This document shows, in pieces, positions 58,555 through 63,552 of a stretch of DNA of 63,552 bases (the first letter of the stretch is position 1; every line of letters starts with the position of its first letter). The position numbers and the translations under genes were made by a program. The DNA comes from Candidatus Heimdallarchaeota archaeon (lineage in GTDB: Archaea; Asgardarchaeota; Heimdallarchaeia; Heimdallarchaeales; Heimdallarchaeaceae): positions 1 to 63,552 of the forward strand of contig JAAFKI010000184.1 of assembly GCA_021399345.1 (NCBI GenBank), read 5' to 3'. The notes under the pieces are model-generated. The model did no database searches and was not told the DNA's origin. It saw only the letters and a list, made by a program, of their open reading frames with translations.

Positions 58555-59619
58555 TTATTTGAGTCCCCATATTTCCTTAGTTTTTTGTTCTAATCTTTCC
58601 AATTCTTTTAAAGATGGTTTTTTCTTTCCCTCTTCAAATTCATGAACTTCATCTAGAACATATTTATTGAGAGGAGTTGGAACATTGTATTTTTCCCCTT
58701 GTTCAACTAAATAACCATTAAGAAAGTCTATTTCAGTTCTTCTTCCACTTTCAATTGATTGTAGGCTAGATGATCTAAGCTTTTTGTATTTTCTTCCAAT
58801 AATTTTGATTATAATTTGTTTGTAAAAATGCTTGAAAGAAAAACCATGAAGTTCTTTTTTCGTCAAAGCTAGTGAGCTAATATTCAAATTATTTAATTTC
58901 TGTAACTGCACACCTTTAGCTTCAGCAACCTTAACTCCTTCAGTCATTACTGTTAAAAATGCGATTCTAGTGGTTTTTCTTGCTAACATTTCACCGAGCA
59001 TCAATCCACTTATTACTCCAAATGAAGCAACTGATACATTAATCAAAAGTTTAGTGAATTTTTCATTAGTTATATTGTCTGAATACGTTGTTGGAACAGT
59101 TTCTGACAATAGTTCAACGAGTTTAGCATCTATTTCTTGCTTCGGTCCCTTTGTTCTTCCAATTACCATCTCACCAAGGGAAGTTTTTATCGCTTCAGCA
59201 TGCCCATTTCTTGTTGCACCAAAACTTACAACGCAACCTAGCAAATTTTTACCATCAATTAGTTCTGCTAGTTTCTCTTCATACATGCCATTTGTCATAG
59301 TAATTAGAGTGTAATCTTTGTTTAGTTTACTCTTTATTCTGTCAAAGGCATCTTGAATCTCTGTTAACTTTGTAACCATGAAAACAATATCGAGTTCTTC
59401 AGGTAAATCCTCTATAGTAAGCACAGGTGTTAAATTATCCTTAACAATATATTCCCCACTTATACCAGTTACTTTCAACCCTCTTTTTTCAATCAAATCA
59501 AGAGTTTCTTGATGTTTACATACAACATAAAGAGGAAAATCATTTTGAGCTAAATCGGCAGCAATAACTGTTCCAATTGCACCCAAACCAACTAACGCAG
59601 CTTTCATGAGATTCAACAA
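58555..59619 (-). CDS. Second ketopantoate reductase-family (PanE/ApbA) protein
   Basis: GLGAIG, TNG, KLLIN and SSSLQS...GRRTEIDFLNG motifs. Confidence 0.88.
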   Translation of the reverse strand: MLNLMKAALVGLGAIGTVIAADLAQNDFPLYVVCKHQETLDLIEKRGLKVTGISGEYIVKDNLTPVLTIEDLPEELDIVFMVTKLTEIQDAFDRIKSKLNKDYTLITMTNGMYEEKLAELIDGKNLLGCVVSFGATRNGHAEAIKTSLGEMVIGRTKGPKQEIDAKLVELLSETVPTTYSDNITNEKFTKLLINVSVASFGVISGLMLGEMLARKTTRIAFLTVMTEGVKVAEAKGVQLQKLNNLNISSLALTKKELHGFSFKHFYKQIIIKIIGRKYKKLRSSSLQSIESGRRTEIDFLNGYLVEQGEKYNVPTPLNKYVLDEVHEFEEGKKKPSLKELERLEQKTKEIWGLK

Positions 59620-59666
59620 ACTAGCTATATATTAAAATTTTCTAAAAATAAGAAAAAAGAGTAGGG

Positions 59667-60599
59667 TTAAAGTTCTTTGAAAGATTCAATAACTCTCTCT
59701 GCTGCTTGAACACTAGCTCTGTAGTTTCCTTCTTTTGTTTGAGCACCGATATGAGGGGAAATAATCACATTGTCATGATGTAGAAGAGGATTATCAGGTT
59801 CAGGAGGTTCTTGTTCAAATACATCAGTACAATAATATCCAAGTTGTTCAGATTCAAGTGCTGCATGTGCTGCAACTTCATCAACAATTCCACCTCTAGC
59901 ACAATTAACAATTACTGATCCTTTCTTCATTATGGCTAATTGTTCTTTTCCAATCATGTGTTTAGTTTCTTTGGTCAATGGAAGATGTAAACTAATGTAG
60001 TCTGCTTCTTTTAGTACTTCAGCCATAGTAGACTTCATATCAACAACAGGATTTTCAGGTACAAAAGCATCATAACCTATTGCATTCAAACCTAAAGCTT
60101 TGCATTTTACAGCTAAAGCAGTTCCGATTCTACCTGTTCCAATCAATCCTAATGTTTTACCATCAATTTCCCTAGAAAAAAGTTTTTTCTTCATAGATTT
60201 GAATGATCCAGGATCAGCTTTAATTTGACATGTTCCTCTAACGACATCTCGAGTCGATGCAAGTATCATAGTCAAAGCTAATTCAGCTACAGAATTTGTA
60301 GTTGCTGCAGGGGTATTAACAACTTTGATACCTCTCGCCATAGTAACTTCAAGATCTATATTATCGAGACCCACTCCAGCTCTTCCTATAACTTTAAGGT
60401 TAACAGCTTTTTCTAGGAGCTCTCCTCGAACTTTTGTAGCTGATCTTACTATTATGGCATCATATTCCCCAATAATTTGGGGGAGATCTTCTTTTGGAAT
60501 ATCCCATCCAACTTTCACTTCAAATCCAGCATTTTCAAGTACTTCAATTACTTTTTCATTTAATTTGTCAGATAATAATACTTTGGGCATTTTTTTCAC
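59667..60599 (-). CDS. serA: D-3-phosphoglycerate dehydrogenase / D-2-hydroxyacid dehydrogenase (no ACT domain)
   Basis: VRSATKV, RAGVGLDNID, G.IG.GRIG, NCARGG, DVFEQEP and SPHIGAQT motifs. Confidence 0.9.
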   Translation of the reverse strand: MKKMPKVLLSDKLNEKVIEVLENAGFEVKVGWDIPKEDLPQIIGEYDAIIVRSATKVRGELLEKAVNLKVIGRAGVGLDNIDLEVTMARGIKVVNTPAATTNSVAELALTMILASTRDVVRGTCQIKADPGSFKSMKKKLFSREIDGKTLGLIGTGRIGTALAVKCKALGLNAIGYDAFVPENPVVDMKSTMAEVLKEADYISLHLPLTKETKHMIGKEQLAIMKKGSVIVNCARGGIVDEVAAHAALESEQLGYYCTDVFEQEPPEPDNPLLHHDNVIISPHIGAQTKEGNYRASVQAAERVIESFKEL

Positions 60600-61676
60600 C
60601 TATAGATTCCATACTTCTTCAATTGCTGCTAAGAGTTCCTTCAATCCATCTAGATTATGATCTCCCATGTGACCAATTCTGAAAGTTAAACCTTTAAGTT
60701 TGCCATAGCCATTGGCAACAACAAGATTCTTTTCAGCTAAACCTTTGTTAAGTTCTCCAACATCTTTCTCAAGTTTATTTTCCACAGTAGTTACTGTTAC
60801 AGACCTATAACCTTCTTCAGCAAAAAGACCGAAACCATGTTTTAGAGCCCATTCATGTGTATAGTTTGCCATTTCTTTGTGTCGTTTGAAAATATTCTCT
60901 GCTCCTTCTGTTAGCATTAGTTTAAGTTTATAATCTAAAGCGAATAGTAAAGAGATATTTGGAGTTGAAGGTGTTTGTTTCTTCTTTTCATAGTAGCCAA
61001 GAATTTTTTCTAGATTTATGTACAATCCTTTCGAAGGAACTTCTTTTGCTCTGTCTAAAGCTTTTTGTGAGACGATTCCAATTGCAAGACCAGCCGGCAA
61101 CGCGAAACACTTCTGGGTTGATGCAAAAACCAGATCTGTCCCCCATTCATCAGGGAGTAGCATATCGCCACCCATTGATGAAACTGCATCGACAACCAAT
61201 AAAGTATTAGGATAATTTTTAAGTAAATTCCCAATTGCTTGAAGATCAGCTTTTACTCCTGTACTGGTTTCATTGTAACAAATAGTCACAACCTCATAGT
61301 CTGATGTTTCTAGTCTTTCTTTTATCATATCTACGGTAATTGCCTTTCCCCAATCAACTTCTAGTTTTGATGCAATTCTTCCGCTATCAACAATTGCCTC
61401 ATACATTCTCGCTGAAAAGGAACCATTTACACAGCAAAGTGCTTTCCCAACAGGAGTAATCAAGTTTCTTGCAGTTATATCCATGAACAAAGTTCCGGAT
61501 GCAGTCAAAACCAAAACATGTTGTTCTGTTTTGAAAAATTCTCGTAATTGTGTTAGAACACTATCGTAAAGAAGTGTAAAATCATTACTTCTGTGACCAA
61601 ACAAAGGTTTAGCTTGTTCTTTGAGAACATCTTCTTTTACCTCTGTTGGACCTGGTATCCATAATTTTTTGTGCAT
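60600..61676 (-). CDS. Class V PLP aminotransferase (serine-pyruvate/alanine-glyoxylate or archaeal-type phosphoserine aminotransferase)
   Basis: IPGPT, GHRS, NETSTG, VDAVSS, STQKCFALPAG and FRIGHMG motifs; abuts serA. Confidence 0.92.
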   Translation of the reverse strand: MHKKLWIPGPTEVKEDVLKEQAKPLFGHRSNDFTLLYDSVLTQLREFFKTEQHVLVLTASGTLFMDITARNLITPVGKALCCVNGSFSARMYEAIVDSGRIASKLEVDWGKAITVDMIKERLETSDYEVVTICYNETSTGVKADLQAIGNLLKNYPNTLLVVDAVSSMGGDMLLPDEWGTDLVFASTQKCFALPAGLAIGIVSQKALDRAKEVPSKGLYINLEKILGYYEKKKQTPSTPNISLLFALDYKLKLMLTEGAENIFKRHKEMANYTHEWALKHGFGLFAEEGYRSVTVTTVENKLEKDVGELNKGLAEKNLVVANGYGKLKGLTFRIGHMGDHNLDGLKELLAAIEEVWNL

Positions 61677-61742
61677 TATATCACCTTATTAATTACGTAA
61701 TATTGAAACACTATATAGAAAAAGGTTATTGTCAATAGATGA

Positions 61743-62252
61743 CTAATCTTCAGATGAGGGAATTTTGTATAAAAGCTGTTCAATTGGTCCTCTATCTATT
61801 TTTACTGGAAGCCCATACCCACTAGAACGATTGTTTAGCCACAATTTGATTCCAGAGTAAGACAATGAACTTAATTGCAAAGATACTGTGAATATGAGAG
61901 AAAAGAAGAGAACATCTTGGGGAGTGACTTTAAAGAATAAAAGAATTATTGATATTGGAATTATGAGAATGCAAATTGAAGCCATTGGCAAGCCTAGAAA
62001 AAGATATACTGTCTCATTCCAGATTTGGAGTAATACTGCCCCTCCGCTTTTTCTTAGAATTGAGATTAAAACCACCATAAAGAGAAGAATTGCGGCAATT
62101 GACAACAGAACAGCTGCAAAGGCAATTAACCAGATATTATGAATAAAAGTATTAACAATTATCAGCAATAAGCCAACAATTAAGAAGAAAAAGCCAATAA
62201 ATACACCTTCACTATAAACATTCTCCTCATTGTTTTTCAAGGCTGAAATCAT
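61743..62252 (-). CDS. Four-TM hypothetical membrane protein
   Basis: 169 aa ORF with four hydrophobic segments; TTTAAA about 25 bp upstream. Confidence 0.75.
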   Translation of the reverse strand: MISALKNNEENVYSEGVFIGFFFLIVGLLLIIVNTFIHNIWLIAFAAVLLSIAAILLFMVVLISILRKSGGAVLLQIWNETVYLFLGLPMASICILIIPISIILLFFKVTPQDVLFFSLIFTVSLQLSSLSYSGIKLWLNNRSSGYGLPVKIDRGPIEQLLYKIPSSED

Positions 62253-62363
62253 TATGATAGTTTCCTATTATCGCCTTTAAATTTATTTCAAGAACAAATT
62301 AGTATGAGAAGAGAAACTACAAAAGCATTAAAGCTTTATATAAGGTTTTTAAAAAGTAAAAGA

Positions 62364-62457
62364 AAAACCCCTAAAACACCATAAAATCTCAGTTAGACGT
62401 CCTTAAACTTGAAAGTCACTTTGGATTATTATGGTAAGGTTTTTTAGGTCGAGTTTT
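62364..62457 (+). other. Long imperfect hairpin, candidate structured 5' leader RNA
   Basis: Nested complementary blocks AAAAC/GTTTT, CCTAAAA/TTTTAGG, ACCATAA/TTATGGT and AATC/GATT, between TATA (62335-62343) and ATG 62470. Confidence 0.45.
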
Positions 62458-62469
62458 GAATTGTGGTTG

Positions 62470-63552
62470 ATGGCTATCCAAGATAGAGATAAGCAAGAGT
62501 CAGCCTTGAAAAAAACTCTTCAAAAATTTACAGAGTTACTGCCTTCTGTTAAACCTGAAATACCTCCCGCTGAAAAAGCATTACTTATTATTGATGGTAC
62601 TGCTAAATCAAAAGCAGCAGTTCTGTGTGCAGGGGAGCTAAATAGACATTTTGGAACAAAAATCGATGTTGTTTGTTTCTATACAGTACAACCTTCAACA
62701 GCTTCAGAGACAACCAAAGAAAGCTATGAAGACTCTCTAGCTTTTGCATATGAACATCTTCTCAGTGATGATTTCGAAATTAAAGGAGAAGTTGTTGAAA
62801 ACTTGGAAAATCTTAGATCTATTCTGGACAATGTTATTATGACAACAGAATATGATATTATTATTGTTCCTTCTTCATTTATAGGTTTGAGGGAAAATCA
62901 GATAACAGATGATGAAGATGAAGATACAGAAGCCAGTATTACTGTTTTAGGAAGCTTATTTGATCATCTTCTAGAAGACATCGAAGGGATACCTGTTCTT
63001 TTAGTAGAAAGTGAAAGGATAAATCTCGACTTATTATTCAAAAATATTGGTTTATTTTTCAGTAATACTACACAGTTACCTTATATGTTTGAAAAAGCTC
63101 TAAAATACAGTTTAAAGAAATCGGATATACATTGTTTGATTAATATTGATCCAAGTTATCATGAAAGTAAAAGTAAAGAGGAATTAGAAGCTCTTGTCAA
63201 GAAATCAAAAGAAGATTTAGAAAGGTTTGAAAGAGCAAATTCAGAAGTCTTTCGTGAAGCATCAAGATTCGTTGATACACACATAATGTCAACAGACAGT
63301 GTGGAAGTTTTCAAACAGGAACTCTCAAGCTTCGGTAAGGATACAGGTATTCTTATGATTTATATGCCCACTACACATTCCAGCCTCTATGGTTTTTTCA
63401 CAGATTTGCTTGAAGATCCAGATATAGCATTTCCAATTTTAATTGCTAAAAGAAAAATAGTAGTTGAGAAAGAAGAACCAAAGGTAGAAGAAGAAGAACC
63501 AAAGGTAGAAGAAGAAGAACCAAAGGTAGAAGAAGAAGAACCAAAGGTAGAA
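62470..63552 (+). CDS. Universal stress protein (USP)-like domain protein, 3' truncated by the window end; absent from the ORF track
   Basis: Open frame from ATG 62470 to the end: MAIQDRDK...KALLIIDGTAKSKAA...YDIIIVPS...LGSLFDHLL....IPVLLV (USP pattern), then a second degenerate alpha/beta unit ending FPILIA. Confidence 0.8.
   Translation, partial: MAIQDRDKQESALKKTLQKFTELLPSVKPEIPPAEKALLIIDGTAKSKAAVLCAGELNRHFGTKIDVVCFYTVQPSTASETTKESYEDSLAFAYEHLLSDDFEIKGEVVENLENLRSILDNVIMTTEYDIIIVPSSFIGLRENQITDDEDEDTEASITVLGSLFDHLLEDIEGIPVLLVESERINLDLLFKNIGLFFSNTTQLPYMFEKALKYSLKKSDIHCLINIDPSYHESKSKEELEALVKKSKEDLERFERANSEVFREASRFVDTHIMSTDSVEVFKQELSSFGKDTGILMIYMPTTHSSLYGFFTDLLEDPDIAFPILIAKRKIVVEKEEPKVEEEEPKVEEEEPKVEEEEPKVE
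63472..63552 (+). repeat. Perfect 21-bp coding tandem repeat (EEPKVEE), at least 3.9 copies
   Basis: GAAGAACCAAAGGTAGAAGAA at 63472, 63493 and 63514, partial copy at 63535; in frame with the USP-like ORF. Confidence 0.95.

Noticed and set aside
903-62142. Many 60-130 aa ORFs antisense to or nested within long genes (e.g. 903-1130, 20567-20887, 30244-30636, 58970-59314, 60325-60660)
   Set aside because: They are shadow frames of well-supported genes, with no motifs and Ser/Ile/Phe-rich antisense composition.
62385-62430. Hairpin core with AAA loop as a eukaryote-like SECIS element
   Set aside because: It lacks the AUGA/GA quartet, lies 5' of both flanking genes, and no TGA-interrupted ORF is nearby.
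63472-63552. Tandem repeat as a possible CRISPR array
   Set aside because: No spacers, the 21-bp unit is in frame in a CDS, and no cas genes are present.

Overview
AT-rich, gene-dense archaeal chromosomal segment, most likely from an Asgard archaeon of the Heimdallarchaeia type. This is an inference from an actin-family gene, the archaeal PoK/PPS route to CoA, TATA boxes about 25-30 bp upstream of start codons and U-tract terminators. It carries about 48 CDS. Main content: a CoA-biosynthesis cluster (PPS, panB, PoK, panE, coaBC, with ferritin inserted); a GANTC-type restriction-modification pair; 2-oxoacid:ferredoxin oxidoreductase; larE-larC-larB without larA; a split aminotransferase-serA-DUF1015 cluster; several secreted enzymes sharing a C-terminal anchor motif; and two disrupted genes. 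No tRNA, rRNA, CRISPR array or transposase was seen. The most unusual elements are: (1) a divergent actin-related protein with an N-terminal Zn-ribbon-like domain, substituted catalytic residues and a 26-bp palindrome upstream; (2) a stand-alone short serine recombinase with a res-like inverted repeat over its own promoter; (3) bacterial-type lipid genes with non-canonical key residues (PlsY lacking the motif-3 His, an ACP-like protein lacking the phosphopantetheine Ser); (4) a PAS sensor fused to a possible longin/uDENN-like domain; (5) a membrane-anchored HTH regulator paired with a surface-protein gene and an operator-like repeat; (6) a long leader hairpin before a USP-like gene. All family calls come from motif recognition by eye; no database searches were run.
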